Virus record (IMG/VR): IMGVR_UViG_3300021963_000022
DNA length: 64,000 bases
From: a virus
Lineage: Duplodnaviria > Caudoviricetes
Strand: one strand, 5' to 3'
The first letter of the stretch is position 1. Every line of letters begins with the position of its first letter. The notes under the pieces were generated by a model, which did not search any database, was not told the DNA's origin, and saw only the letters and a program-made list of their open reading frames with translations. Both the position numbers and the translations under genes were made by a program. Below, one piece after another: positions 28,152 through 39,253 of this stretch.

Positions 28152-30643
28152 TGGATTTCAGAAGCATGTTAGAATCATTAAGCCAATTATCCGAGGCTAC
28201 GAAAGAAGTCAAGGGTGGCAGAGTACATACTGCTGAACCAGGTGGATATGGTCGCAAGGATGACGAAGATGAAGAAGGCAACAAAGTTAAAGCCAAATCA
28301 ACCGAGAAAAAAGGTCGTGGTCGTCCCAAGAAAGACGCTGACGAAACAGGTGAAGTAAAGAAGTATGACACTAAACATCTTCACAATGTATTTGGTGGCG
28401 GCAAAAAGCCAGAAAAAGATATTGGTAAGAAAAGTAAAAAGCACAGCTTAAAAGAGTTCATTGAAGAAGTTGAAAGTCAGAAGACTCTTAATGAGAATGA
28501 TGATTACGAAATATCAGCAGACAGAATTGCCGGTATGAATAAGATTCATAGAGATTATTATGAAAAGAATCCGCATTTTGCACGTAGCCATGAGAAACAA
28601 GCTATAGGTAAAACAATTGATGCTAGCGGTAAACCTGTTACAGCACTTGCAACAAAAGTCACACCTAAGTTTATTAAACCACAACAAGTTAAACGTATAC
28701 CAAGTGGTTCTTTCAAATCGAATGTAGAAGAAGAAAGTCCAATTCCAATGACAGGTACTGCTCCTCAAGCAGGACAAAAAGTAATTGTAAAGCCAGGCAT
28801 GCCAGCTGGCAAACCATCTGCAACAATGACTACACAAACAGGTCAACAAGTTGCTAGTGGACCAGCAGATCAAATTAAAAAGTTAGGTGATTTAGTTAAC
28901 ATGGGCAACGTTACGTTAACTAAGCCGGGTTCCAATCAACCATTAGCTGAAAAAGCAGTAAGTAAGAAGCAACAAAAATTCATGGGTATGGTACACGCCG
29001 CTCAAAAGGGTGAAAAGCCAGCAAGTAAAGAAGTTGGTAAAGTAGCAAAGACTATGAAGAAATCTGATGCTAAAGACTTTGCAAGTACTAAACATAAAGG
29101 CTTGCCAGAGAAAGTTAAAGAAACAAAAGATTTACCAGGTGATCAAGATAAATTAGATGTTGCACCACCAAAAGGTAAATTGACTAAGGCTGATTTTGAA
29201 GCCTTAGGTAAGAAGAAGAAAGTAGATGAAAGTATGAACATTTATGAAAGTGCGGTCAAACATTTTGTTGATGATTTGATTGCTGATATTGATAGCGCAC
29301 CTTTCCGTAGCGCATTTAACATTAAAGGTCATAATGCTGAACGTGCGGAAAAACAAATTCTTGCGGCAGTACAGCATGATGACAAGTATAATGGTCTAAG
29401 TGATGGCGCACAGCGTTCTCTTGTAAAGATTGCATTAGACTTCTTTAAAGATGAAGGTGAATTAGATGAAGGAATTAGAACAGGTACTGTTCCAATGGGA
29501 AATACATCTACACTACCGTTTGGTGCTAGGCCAAACATTGTGCAGAAACCTGCAGTTATGCGTAAGCAAGCAGGATCTGATTTCCCGTTGAGCCTCGGAC
29601 AAGTTAATGATACAAGTAATACATTAACTGATCCTAAAACAACAACTGGTTTAATGAGGGACTTAGCCAAGAAAAGTCCTTTTGCCCTAGAAGGAAAAAA
29701 CATGAAAGATATGCAAGTTGAAAGTTGGGAAAAGGAACTTAACTCATTATTAAATGAAGGCATTACAGTTTCTAGCAGTACAGGTCAGCAAGGCTCACCT
29801 GATTCAGTAAGTATTAATGCTACTGATGCAGATGCACAAGAATTGTTAGCTATTGTACGTCAAGCAGGGTTAGGTGTATTTGGTGGTGATAAGCCTACTA
29901 GTGCTTATGGAGCGCCAATAGATGCACATGCACATGGTGCAGAACCTGAGGGTCACGGTGTTGAGCCTGAAATGTCACCCTCAGTAGTTGGTGACGGCGA
30001 TGATATGTTAGCATTGATTAAAAAGATGACCGGTATTGAGACTGGTGCAGAAGCTCCAGCTACTGGTGAATTAGAAGTTACTTCTGACTACGAAGATGAA
30101 GAAGGCGAAGAAGATTCTGATAAACAGTCTTATGATGACGAAGAAAATTCTAAAGAAGAAACTACTGATGAGGGCGTTGTAGGCGCTGGCATCGGCGCCG
30201 GTCTTGGTGCACTAGTGGGTGGCCCGATGGGTGCCGCAGCAGGTGGTGCAATGGGTGGTAGCTTAGAAGAAGAAGAAGTCGAAGAAGGCAATAAGTATGC
30301 ATATAACGTATTAAAGGCTAAACAAGCAGGTAAGAAAAAGGCTGATTTAGACGGTGACGGTGATATGGAGCAAGTAAAAGAAGAAGGTGATCAGACTTGC
30401 AACGAATGTGGCGGAGCTATGTATGAGGGTCACTCATGTGATAGTGAACAAGTAGAAGAAAACTTCTCTAATGACGCCGGTGGTGATGCAATGGCTAACA
30501 CAGAAATGATGAAGCTAAAAGCATTGTTATCTATGGGAAATGATATGCACAAAATGAAGCATAATAACACTGTTGGTAACCCAACACAAGTAGCATTCCG
30601 TGAATCAATCAATGATTGGATGAAATTAAGCGGTATTAGGTAA
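28151..30643 (+). CDS. 830-aa mosaic candidate internal head polyprotein
   Basis: Many (L/V/I)xE junctions separate modules of different composition (DUF3008-like, EF-hand-like loops, Gly zipper, CxxC..HxC). Confidence 0.7.
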   Translation: MDFRSMLESLSQLSEATKEVKGGRVHTAEPGGYGRKDDEDEEGNKVKAKSTEKKGRGRPKKDADETGEVKKYDTKHLHNVFGGGKKPEKDIGKKSKKHSLKEFIEEVESQKTLNENDDYEISADRIAGMNKIHRDYYEKNPHFARSHEKQAIGKTIDASGKPVTALATKVTPKFIKPQQVKRIPSGSFKSNVEEESPIPMTGTAPQAGQKVIVKPGMPAGKPSATMTTQTGQQVASGPADQIKKLGDLVNMGNVTLTKPGSNQPLAEKAVSKKQQKFMGMVHAAQKGEKPASKEVGKVAKTMKKSDAKDFASTKHKGLPEKVKETKDLPGDQDKLDVAPPKGKLTKADFEALGKKKKVDESMNIYESAVKHFVDDLIADIDSAPFRSAFNIKGHNAERAEKQILAAVQHDDKYNGLSDGAQRSLVKIALDFFKDEGELDEGIRTGTVPMGNTSTLPFGARPNIVQKPAVMRKQAGSDFPLSLGQVNDTSNTLTDPKTTTGLMRDLAKKSPFALEGKNMKDMQVESWEKELNSLLNEGITVSSSTGQQGSPDSVSINATDADAQELLAIVRQAGLGVFGGDKPTSAYGAPIDAHAHGAEPEGHGVEPEMSPSVVGDGDDMLALIKKMTGIETGAEAPATGELEVTSDYEDEEGEEDSDKQSYDDEENSKEETTDEGVVGAGIGAGLGALVGGPMGAAAGGAMGGSLEEEEVEEGNKYAYNVLKAKQAGKKKADLDGDGDMEQVKEEGDQTCNECGGAMYEGHSCDSEQVEENFSNDAGGDAMANTEMMKLKALLSMGNDMHKMKHNNTVGNPTQVAFRESINDWMKLSGIR

Positions 30644-30656
30644 TATAAAAAGCTAT

Positions 30657-30687
30657 AAAATAGCTCGGTTAACCGAGCTATTTTTTT
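30657..30687 (+). terminator. intrinsic terminator
   Basis: AAAATAGCTCGG-TTAA-CCGAGCTATTTTTTT. Confidence 0.9.
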
Positions 30688-30711
30688 GGAACCTAATGTG
30701 CTACAAAATTT

Positions 30712-30719
30712 GATAAATA
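30712..30719 (+). promoter_or_regulatory. late promoter box GATAAATA
   Basis: 20 nt before the fibre ATG. Confidence 0.65.
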
Positions 30720-30739
30720 CTCAATAAGGTTGGATATTT

Positions 30740-33700
30740 ATGTCTCAAGAGCTAATAGACTTTGGCGTGTTCCCTAATGATCCTGATGCGGATGCCATTA
30801 GAACTGCCTTCCAAAAATCACAAAACAATTTCACTGAACTATATACGTTAACGGTATCTACTGGTGTTGTAAGCGTACAGCCGGGTGCTGGTATATCAGT
30901 AAATCAAACACAGGGTAATGTTACTGTTACTGCTAATATTTCTAGCGTCACAGTTCAAACTGCTAACAATTTACGTGTTGGTATAGGTACACCAACAGGT
31001 CAGACTGCTACAATCACAACAGCAAGTACCCCTATTGCAATGGATTTGGCAGCTAATATTGTAGTTAATAAAGTAACTGCTAATTTTATTTCAGGTGCAT
31101 TAACTGCAGGACCACAACCGGGTATTACTGGTATTGGTGCTTTAAATAACTTAACTGTTACAGGTGATATTACTGCAAGTAACTTCCGTGGAAATGTTAT
31201 TGGTGGTACCATAAAGGGCACATTTAGTGCACCTGGATCAAACACACAAGTTATGTATAACAATTCTGGTGTGTTTGATGGTTCACCTAATTTAACATGG
31301 GATGGATTGACTTTAACAGTACGAGGTGATATTGATGCTGATAATATACAGTCTAATACTGTAACTGCTGTAGGGACTATAATAGCAGGTAATGCTAATT
31401 TAGGTGATACAGCATCAGCAAATCATTTTATAAGTCTTGATATTAATACCGGTAATGCAACTGCTAATTTCTTTATAGGTAATGGTAGTCTATTAACTGG
31501 AATAGAACTTGCTAATATGGCTAACTATGCTAACTATGCTAATTTTGCAGGTGGTATTATTGGTGGTAATGCAGGACAACTATTAATTCAAACAGGTGTA
31601 GATACAACAGGATTTGCTAATGTTGGAAACGTAGGTGATGTACTTATAAGTGATAGTGCTAACGGTATATACTGGGCTAATGGTACAATTTCTGGTATTG
31701 CATTAGGTAATACACTAGCGGCGTTAAAAAATGGTAATTGGATATTATCAAATGCAAATGCATATAACGGTAATATAGATGTTCAATTTGATGTTGATGG
31801 ATCAGTAACTGCTGATCCAGATAAAGTAGTAGTTCGTGATCCGGGTGGTAATGTCTTTGCAGAATATATTTTTGCTAACATATTGAATCCAGTAAGTGCT
31901 ACAATAGATATAGCTAATTTGCATATATCAGGTGGTACAATAAACTATGTATTAACTACTGATGGTGCAGGTGCCTTATCATGGCTAGATGTGTCGGGAA
32001 TTGTTGGTAGTAATCCTTTACCAGCATCTTCTGTAGTTGCTGCCGGTACTGATACACAAGTTCAATTTAATGATAACGGTAGTACTGCAGGACACGCAAA
32101 CTTCACATGGGATAAAACAACAGAAACATTATTTGCTACTAATTATGAAGGTAATGGCTTTACATTAAAATGTACATCAGGTCCAAATGTATTAGGGCCA
32201 GTATTATGGGCACGTAATTTATTTGAAGGTACAGGCGGTGAAGTACCATATCAAGCACAACCTAATGTAACAAAATTTGTTCCTCCTGGAACAAATGGTG
32301 ATGCGTTTATATCTACTGGTACAGGTTCTCCTAAGTGGGTAAAGGGGACAATTAGTGGTACACCAATTGGTCAAAATTTACCTAAACTATTACCTGGCAG
32401 TTTCTTAACAGGCTCTACTGGTTATGACGGCACATCAGGACAAACATTTAGCGTTGATGCTACATCTGCACCTACTGGAAGTAAAATTGTTGTTAGAAAT
32501 GCATCAGGTAATATTGAAGCTAAAGGTATATCAGGTACAACAATAATATTGACAGACGCTACACCTAGTATATCTTACACAACAGGTGCAGCAATCATAA
32601 CAGGTGGTATGGGTGTTGGTGGTAATATTATATCTAATGAAAATATTAGTGCTAAAAGTTTCTTTGGTAACTTTTACGGTAACTTTGTAGGTTCATTTGA
32701 AACGGACGCGCCTACAAAAACTGTATTGTTTATGGAGCCTGGCGGCAAAGTAGGTAATGATTCAAAGTTCTATTATGATAAATCACAAGAATCATTAGTT
32801 GCTCCTATCTTTAGGGGTCTAGGATCCGGATTAGATGATATACCAGGTAGTAATGTAACCGGTAAAGTGGCAACTGCAATTCTTGCAGATAATGCAACAA
32901 AAGCGGCCACAGCCGATCTTGCAACTAGAGCAATAAATTTTGACGGTGGTAGTGCAGGTGGAGTTGTATATCAAAAAGCAACCGGATCTACTGGAATAAC
33001 ATCCCCGGGTGATGCGGGTCAATTCTTAAAATCATCTGGTGGCGGAGCTCCTACATGGGCAGCAGGAACTATTTCTACAATTCCTTTAGGTGATAACTTA
33101 AAAACATTGACATTTGGTACAGGGTTTGAAAAATCTGGTTCAACGTACATAGGTAAAGATGCACTTACTATTGCAGTAGATTTAGATGTAGCAGGTACTG
33201 CTGATAAAATTGTCAAACGTAAATCAGACGGTGGTATTAATGCAAGTGGTGAAAGTAATTTAGGTGATAAAGTTACAGCTAAGTTGTTTGTTGGTGATAT
33301 ACAAGGTAGTATAACTGATGCAGTTAATGCAACGTTTGCAGGCACTGTTAAAACAGCGGATCAGCCTAATATTACTGCAGTCGGAACTCTAACTAAGTTA
33401 GCTGTAACAGGTGGAATAACATCGGGTGGCACAATTGAAGGTAAATCATTTACTGGTAACGGAGCAGGTCTTACTAACATCAAAACTGCAGATGTTGCAA
33501 ATCTTGTAGTAGGTGCAAATGTAACAGGTAAGGTTGCAAATGCAACTTATGCTGATACTACCGGAGCGTCACTGAGTGCGGCAAACATATTAGGCGGAGT
33601 CTTTGGTTCAATACCTTATCAGAATGGTATTAGTACTACAGCTATGCTTGCCCCCGGAACAGCAGATCAGGCATTAATATCTGGTGGTACTGGTGCTGCC

Positions 33701-34714
33701 CCTAAATGGGTAGCAGGAACTATATCTGGTATTAAATTAGGTAAAGATTTAAAAGACCATTCGAATGGTGCATACATAATAGGTGGTAAGTACAATGGAA
33801 GTGGTGATATAATTTGGTCAGTCGATGCAGTATCAGGAAATACAGCTAATAAGATTGTATTACGTGATACAAGTAGTAACTTTGAAGCAGGTAACATTAC
33901 TGCTGTACAATTCATTGGTAATCTTAAAGGTAATATATCAGGTGGTGGTGATACGACGGTTATATATCAAACTGCAAAAGATACTACTGCGTTTTTAACT
34001 AAAGGACAACCAAATCAAGTATTGACTATGGCTCCTTCAGGTACAGGTTTGGCATGGACATTACCTCAGATATCTGGTGTAGGTTTAGGTGGCACATTGA
34101 AAAACTTAACAGCTGGTTACGGCCTTGCTGGTGGTTACTATAATGGTACAGGTGACATTACATTTACAGTTGATTCTACCCCATTAGCATTAGCAAATAG
34201 AGTTGCAAATCGTGATAGTACCGGAAGTATGTATATGAATGTTGCATATGCAATAGGATTAAATGCAGGAAGTGCATCAGCTGCAGGTACAATTACTGGT
34301 AATTGGGTGTTGTCAAGTGGATCTAAATTAATGGCAACATACTCTGACTTAGCAGAATACTACGCAGGTGATAAAGATATTGAATCAGGTACTGTAGTAG
34401 AATTTGGAGGTGATAATGAAATCACTACTTCAATGACTCCAATGTCAGCAAAAGTAGCCGGTATTGTAACAACTGCTCCAGCATATGTAATGAATAGTAA
34501 TATTGATTGTGAATTCCCTGTATCATTAGCATTGCAAGGTCGTGTACCTTGCAAAGTAGTGGGTGATATTGCCAAAGGTGATATAATGGTTAGTGCAGGC
34601 AACGGTAGGGCAATGGCATGCAGTCAGCCTATCATGGGTTCAATAATAGGTAAGAGTTTAGAGAATTTTACCGGCACAGAAGGTATAGTTGAAATTGCAG
34701 TTGGTAGACTATAA
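30740..34714 (+). CDS. tail fibre/baseplate-attached fibre
   Basis: gp9/gp10-like start (NDPDADAIRTAFQK..NFTELY); repeats; C-terminal YSDLAEYY..GTVVEFGG..ALQGRVPCKV chaperone-like domain. Confidence 0.8.
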   Translation: MSQELIDFGVFPNDPDADAIRTAFQKSQNNFTELYTLTVSTGVVSVQPGAGISVNQTQGNVTVTANISSVTVQTANNLRVGIGTPTGQTATITTASTPIAMDLAANIVVNKVTANFISGALTAGPQPGITGIGALNNLTVTGDITASNFRGNVIGGTIKGTFSAPGSNTQVMYNNSGVFDGSPNLTWDGLTLTVRGDIDADNIQSNTVTAVGTIIAGNANLGDTASANHFISLDINTGNATANFFIGNGSLLTGIELANMANYANYANFAGGIIGGNAGQLLIQTGVDTTGFANVGNVGDVLISDSANGIYWANGTISGIALGNTLAALKNGNWILSNANAYNGNIDVQFDVDGSVTADPDKVVVRDPGGNVFAEYIFANILNPVSATIDIANLHISGGTINYVLTTDGAGALSWLDVSGIVGSNPLPASSVVAAGTDTQVQFNDNGSTAGHANFTWDKTTETLFATNYEGNGFTLKCTSGPNVLGPVLWARNLFEGTGGEVPYQAQPNVTKFVPPGTNGDAFISTGTGSPKWVKGTISGTPIGQNLPKLLPGSFLTGSTGYDGTSGQTFSVDATSAPTGSKIVVRNASGNIEAKGISGTTIILTDATPSISYTTGAAIITGGMGVGGNIISNENISAKSFFGNFYGNFVGSFETDAPTKTVLFMEPGGKVGNDSKFYYDKSQESLVAPIFRGLGSGLDDIPGSNVTGKVATAILADNATKAATADLATRAINFDGGSAGGVVYQKATGSTGITSPGDAGQFLKSSGGGAPTWAAGTISTIPLGDNLKTLTFGTGFEKSGSTYIGKDALTIAVDLDVAGTADKIVKRKSDGGINASGESNLGDKVTAKLFVGDIQGSITDAVNATFAGTVKTADQPNITAVGTLTKLAVTGGITSGGTIEGKSFTGNGAGLTNIKTADVANLVVGANVTGKVANATYADTTGASLSAANILGGVFGSIPYQNGISTTAMLAPGTADQALISGGTGAAPKWVAGTISGIKLGKDLKDHSNGAYIIGGKYNGSGDIIWSVDAVSGNTANKIVLRDTSSNFEAGNITAVQFIGNLKGNISGGGDTTVIYQTAKDTTAFLTKGQPNQVLTMAPSGTGLAWTLPQISGVGLGGTLKNLTAGYGLAGGYYNGTGDITFTVDSTPLALANRVANRDSTGSMYMNVAYAIGLNAGSASAAGTITGNWVLSSGSKLMATYSDLAEYYAGDKDIESGTVVEFGGDNEITTSMTPMSAKVAGIVTTAPAYVMNSNIDCEFPVSLALQGRVPCKVVGDIAKGDIMVSAGNGRAMACSQPIMGSIIGKSLENFTGTEGIVEIAVGRL

Positions 34715-34724
34715 AGGAAAAAAG

Positions 34725-35348
34725 ATGATAACTATTGAGATTTTACAAAAAATATGTCCTAAAACAAGAACTAGCATATTAGAAACATATGCGATGCCAC
34801 TACATGAAGTAGCAGAGTATTATGATATGTACACTAATCCTAAACGTGTGGCAGCATTTTTAGCTCAAACAGCACACGAATCCGGTGGATTTAATTTTGT
34901 AAAAGAGAACTTGAACTATAGTGCTAAAGGATTAATGGGTACGTTCAAAAAGTATTTTCCTACAGAAGATTTAGCAAGACAATATGAACGTCAGCCAGCT
35001 AAAATCGCTAACAGAGTATATGCAAATCGTATGGGTAATGGACCAGAAGAATCAGGCGACGGCTACAAATTTTGTGGTCGTGGTTTAATTCAATTAACCG
35101 GTAAACAAAACTATACCAAATTTGCTGAAGATTTGGGTATTAGCTTAGAAGATACAGTGGCATATTTAGAAACATCAGCAGGTGCAGTAAGTAGTGCGGG
35201 ATGGTTTTGGGATAACAATAACTTAAATCAATATTGCGATAAAGATGATTTTGTTACATTGACAAAACGTATCAACGGTGGAACTATTGGTTTAGAAGAT
35301 AGAAAACATCACTACGAAATTGCATTACATGCATTAGGCGCACATTAA
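34725..35348 (+). CDS. glycoside hydrolase family 19 endolysin
   Basis: FLAQTAHESGGF, ENLNYS, GRGLIQLTGKQNY, INGGTIGLEDR; AAGGA RBS before ATG 34725. Confidence 0.9.
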   Translation: MITIEILQKICPKTRTSILETYAMPLHEVAEYYDMYTNPKRVAAFLAQTAHESGGFNFVKENLNYSAKGLMGTFKKYFPTEDLARQYERQPAKIANRVYANRMGNGPEESGDGYKFCGRGLIQLTGKQNYTKFAEDLGISLEDTVAYLETSAGAVSSAGWFWDNNNLNQYCDKDDFVTLTKRINGGTIGLEDRKHHYEIALHALGAH

Positions 35349-35349
35349 T

Positions 35350-37527
35350 ATGGCACAACCAGTTTGGATAACTAATGCAGGAAGTCTAGGTACTTACCCG
35401 TCTAATTCAGTCATATCTATTCCGGTAAGTGCTCAGGCAGTATTACCTGCTACTTCAGTCACTTACAAATTATTAAGCGGTAGTCTCCCTGCAGGCGCAA
35501 ACGTTTCTATAAATAAGAATGGTTTAATAACTGGTATATTAGATAGTGTAGCTGTTAATATAAATTATACTTTCACTATAAGATGCACGGATGACAAATT
35601 TAACCTCACTGATAGAACATTCTCTATCACTACATCCGCTGCCGCTGAACCTAAACTGACTACCCCAGCTGGTAAGATTTTGCAAACGTTCGATAGTAAG
35701 TGGGTAGACATTCAATTAAATTATACCAATCCAGTAAGTACTAATACAGTAGTTATAACAAAAACTAGTGGCTTGCTTCCTCCTGGTTTGGAAATTAATG
35801 AGACAGGAAGAATCAGAGGGTATCCTGCTCCTCCGGTTAATGCTTCAAATGCGCCTACTACAAAAACATATAGCTTTACCGTATCGTTAGCGAGCCCATT
35901 AGGCAATGACGTAAAAATTTATTCAATAACTGTTAACAATTGGAATTTATCTAATCCTGGAAAAACAAGGGTACCGGCAATACTGAACTTAAATCCAGCA
36001 ACATTTAATATAAGCCCAACTGACTCGTATTATGATTACTATATAACATCTAATTATATTCCCACAGTTACTAGTAGTGACTTCTTTTCATTTAAAATAT
36101 TAGGTAAAGATTTTGATGGATCAAATTTATATTATGATTTTAGAGGTCTACCATTAGGTTTGACAGGTGATACTAATACAGGCTGGATTACAGGTAAACC
36201 AGTTTTGAATTCAACTGGTATCTCTCAATTTAGTTTTACTGTAAGTGTTCAAAAAGCTGACACCAGGTCAATTGCATCCCCGTACCAACCATTCTTAATT
36301 ACTGTAAGTAATAATGTTGTAAATGATGTAGTATGGATAACTGAAGAAGATTTAGGTTACATTTCTAATGGTGCTATCAGTGATTTGTATGTAAACGCAG
36401 ACTCACAATATGCATTGTCATACAGATTGATTAGTGGTGACTTTCCTCCTAACCTAACATTATCTTCAAACGGTGAAATTATAGGTAGAGTAGCCCAACA
36501 ACCTAAAACTACTATGATGGAAGAAGGTGATACTTCTGAGTACATATTTTTAATAGAAGCGTTTTCTCCTACCTATCCTTTATTAGCAATACAAAAACAA
36601 TTTAAATTAACAATTCGTATTGATTATCCTGCAGTTTATGAAAACTTGTACTTCAAAGCCACACCTAGTCTAAATGATAGAGATGTGTTGAATACATTAT
36701 TAGTTAATGATGAACTTATACCACCTGAATATTTGTATAGACCAACCGACCCTTACTTTGGTAAAGCAACTAATGTGTCATATGTACATGCATATGGAAT
36801 GAATTCTAGTTCAATAGAAAGTTACATTGACGCTGTGCAGAAGAATCATTACTGGAGACAAGTTATCTTGGGTGATCTTAAAACAGCAGTAGCAAAAGAC
36901 AAAAACGGTAATGTGATATATGAAGTCGTTTATAGTCAAGTAGTTGATGAGTTAGTCAACAGTCAAACAGGTGTAAGCGTACCACCTGAGATATATTGGC
37001 CCAAGTATATTGACTTAAACTTAGGTCCATGGCAAATTAGTAGTACAAAAATCTTCACTAGTTTTGAAGAAGTATTAGGGCAAGATTACACAACAAGTTT
37101 AACACCGGGACAAGTTAGAAAACTTTACCCTGCTAGTTTTAAAAACATGCGAGAAGAAGTATCGTCTATCATTGGTAATAACTACAATGTAGATTTACTT
37201 CCTAAATGGATGACTACTCAACAGTCTAATGGTGTTATTTTGGGATACATTCAAGCGTGGGTAATATGCTATACATTACCTGGCTACTCTGATACTATTA
37301 AAGAAAATATAGTCAACAATTGGGATTATCGTATCAATAGAATTAACTTCCAAGTTGACCGATATCTTGTAGATAAAACTGCAACATTTGACTACAACAA
37401 TTACTTGTCACCTGCTCAATGGAATGAATTACCTAGCGGTACTCCTGAGCCTAACCCATTAGATATTAATGACTTTGCTGTATTGTTCCCGCAGAAAACT
37501 ATTTTACCAAAGCAAGTTGACTACTAA
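35350..37527 (+). CDS. baseplate-type protein with tandem putative Ig (He_PIG-like) repeats
   Basis: Four GxLPxGLxxxxxGxIxGxP-type repeats. Confidence 0.65.
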   Translation: MAQPVWITNAGSLGTYPSNSVISIPVSAQAVLPATSVTYKLLSGSLPAGANVSINKNGLITGILDSVAVNINYTFTIRCTDDKFNLTDRTFSITTSAAAEPKLTTPAGKILQTFDSKWVDIQLNYTNPVSTNTVVITKTSGLLPPGLEINETGRIRGYPAPPVNASNAPTTKTYSFTVSLASPLGNDVKIYSITVNNWNLSNPGKTRVPAILNLNPATFNISPTDSYYDYYITSNYIPTVTSSDFFSFKILGKDFDGSNLYYDFRGLPLGLTGDTNTGWITGKPVLNSTGISQFSFTVSVQKADTRSIASPYQPFLITVSNNVVNDVVWITEEDLGYISNGAISDLYVNADSQYALSYRLISGDFPPNLTLSSNGEIIGRVAQQPKTTMMEEGDTSEYIFLIEAFSPTYPLLAIQKQFKLTIRIDYPAVYENLYFKATPSLNDRDVLNTLLVNDELIPPEYLYRPTDPYFGKATNVSYVHAYGMNSSSIESYIDAVQKNHYWRQVILGDLKTAVAKDKNGNVIYEVVYSQVVDELVNSQTGVSVPPEIYWPKYIDLNLGPWQISSTKIFTSFEEVLGQDYTTSLTPGQVRKLYPASFKNMREEVSSIIGNNYNVDLLPKWMTTQQSNGVILGYIQAWVICYTLPGYSDTIKENIVNNWDYRINRINFQVDRYLVDKTATFDYNNYLSPAQWNELPSGTPEPNPLDINDFAVLFPQKTILPKQVDY

Positions 37528-37548
37528 ATACAATATCGGAATAATATT

Positions 37549-38355
37549 ATGAGTACAATTGACACAAACGGAATAGACCCAAATTACCCAGTACCCGGAG
37601 TAAACAATAGCTCCCAAGGTTTCAGAGATAATTTTTCTAGTATTAAGGTTAACTTAGATACTGCTGCCACTGAGATTACAGATTTACAAAACAAAGTAGT
37701 TGTAAAGTCTGCATTAACCGGATCAGTAGTTGATAACAACATGGCTAACACATTGATTAGCAATGCTTTAGTGAGAAGCTTTAGAGCAACCACATTTAAT
37801 TTAGGTAATAACATATCAGGCACAGCGACTATTGATGTAAGTAAAGGTGACGTACAATATGGTACAATCGTAGCTAATACTACTCTTAACTTTGGCGGAT
37901 GGAGTCCTTCTAGTACACAAAGCAATGTGCAATTACAATTAACTGTTGCTAATGCTAATGCTGTAGTTTCTTTCCCTGTTACTACTAATGATGCTAATGC
38001 AAAACCAGTATTAGGTATGACAAAAACAGCATCGCTATTAGAAAATTATACAAGTAACTTAGCCACACCTATTGCTAATTCAGTATATACTAATAAAATT
38101 ACTGCACCATACAATACAAAGAATCTATCGTATAACATCACTACAACCGATTGCGGTGTAACACTAGATATTGAACCATTAACTCGCCCACAAAAAACAA
38201 CACAAGTAACTGGTAATAGAACTATAACTGCTATTGGTGCACAGGGTGACTTACCCGGTGCGATAGCTACTGATGGTGCTAACTTGTACTTTTGTACAGG
38301 TACATATGACGGCTCTACTGTTATATGGAAAAAAGTTACTCTAGGTAGTGTGTAA
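37549..38355 (+). CDS. probable virion structural protein
   Basis: IDPNYPVPG.NNSSQGFRDNF start; fibre-tip-like C-terminus. Confidence 0.65.
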   Translation: MSTIDTNGIDPNYPVPGVNNSSQGFRDNFSSIKVNLDTAATEITDLQNKVVVKSALTGSVVDNNMANTLISNALVRSFRATTFNLGNNISGTATIDVSKGDVQYGTIVANTTLNFGGWSPSSTQSNVQLQLTVANANAVVSFPVTTNDANAKPVLGMTKTASLLENYTSNLATPIANSVYTNKITAPYNTKNLSYNITTTDCGVTLDIEPLTRPQKTTQVTGNRTITAIGAQGDLPGAIATDGANLYFCTGTYDGSTVIWKKVTLGSV

Positions 38356-38365
38356 TAAATACCTA

Positions 38366-38596
38366 ATGCAACATCCCTTCATACATAACTTAGAAGATAA
38401 AACTATAGACGAATTGCAGAAAACTATTTCTCAATTGAATTCTAGGTTATTTCAAGCTAGTAGAACACTACACCCTACGTTGGTTCCGCAAATACAAATG
38501 GCATTAGAAAGCTATAATGCAGAGTACACCCGCCGTATAGATGAAGTATACAAGAAACAAAATTTAGAAAACAAAATTAACATTACCAAATCATAA
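38366..38596 (+). CDS. hypothetical coiled-coil protein
   Basis: AATAAATA 38354-61, ATG 38366. Confidence 0.7.
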   Translation: MQHPFIHNLEDKTIDELQKTISQLNSRLFQASRTLHPTLVPQIQMALESYNAEYTRRIDEVYKKQNLENKINITKS

Positions 38597-39210
38597 TGAC
38601 AGCTAGAATTAATAGAAGTTTTGACTTCCAAACAGGCGTACACTTCAGTGATGATTTTTTTATGAACTTGTACGATGTAGATATTGACTTTATGGTAGAA
38701 TCAGAATCTATAAGAGAACAAAACATTGCACTAGAACGAATAAAATACTTCTTACAAGAAAGTATTGAGAATTGCATCTTTGTACAAGACACTGAAACAA
38801 TAGCTATTGAAAAATATGCTGAAGCTAACATGAAGGTCTGTATACTACCAGAAGAACCGTATGACCAAATCATAGGCATCATGCTTATGGTAAAACTAAA
38901 CGCTATCACAGAGGGTAGATTATCTATCACTGACCTTTCTATCTGTAGTAAAATGAGCGATGGTGTACGTTGTCTACATGGATATGATGAGAATACCGGG
39001 CCATTCAAGTTACCCGGATGGTGGCATGATAGTAACACTAAAATTTCTAATCTATTATCTAATAGCAAAAACAAGAAGATTCTTAAATTGTCCAAACCAC
39101 CTGTTGATTGGGAAGACGTTTTTTTGGGTTGGGAAGAGAAACCACAATTGGGTAAAAGCACACCAAGCGCAGAAATAGTTTTTGGCATATTTGACAACAA
39201 AAATAAATAA
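38596..39210 (+). CDS. hypothetical protein
   Basis: 204-aa ORF, TAATG-coupled. Confidence 0.8.
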   Translation: MTARINRSFDFQTGVHFSDDFFMNLYDVDIDFMVESESIREQNIALERIKYFLQESIENCIFVQDTETIAIEKYAEANMKVCILPEEPYDQIIGIMLMVKLNAITEGRLSITDLSICSKMSDGVRCLHGYDENTGPFKLPGWWHDSNTKISNLLSNSKNKKILKLSKPPVDWEDVFLGWEEKPQLGKSTPSAEIVFGIFDNKNK

Positions 39211-39219
39211 CCATAATAG

Positions 39220-39248
39220 TTGATTATTACAATTAACTATGCTATCAT
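39220..39248 (+). promoter_or_regulatory. sigma70-like promoter
   Basis: TTGATT-17 nt-TATCAT. Confidence 0.55.
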
Positions 39249-39253
39249 ATGGT

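Noticed and set aside
38583-39200. 205-aa minus-strand ORF
   Set aside because: Fully overlaps a translationally coupled plus-strand gene and has no recognisable motifs.
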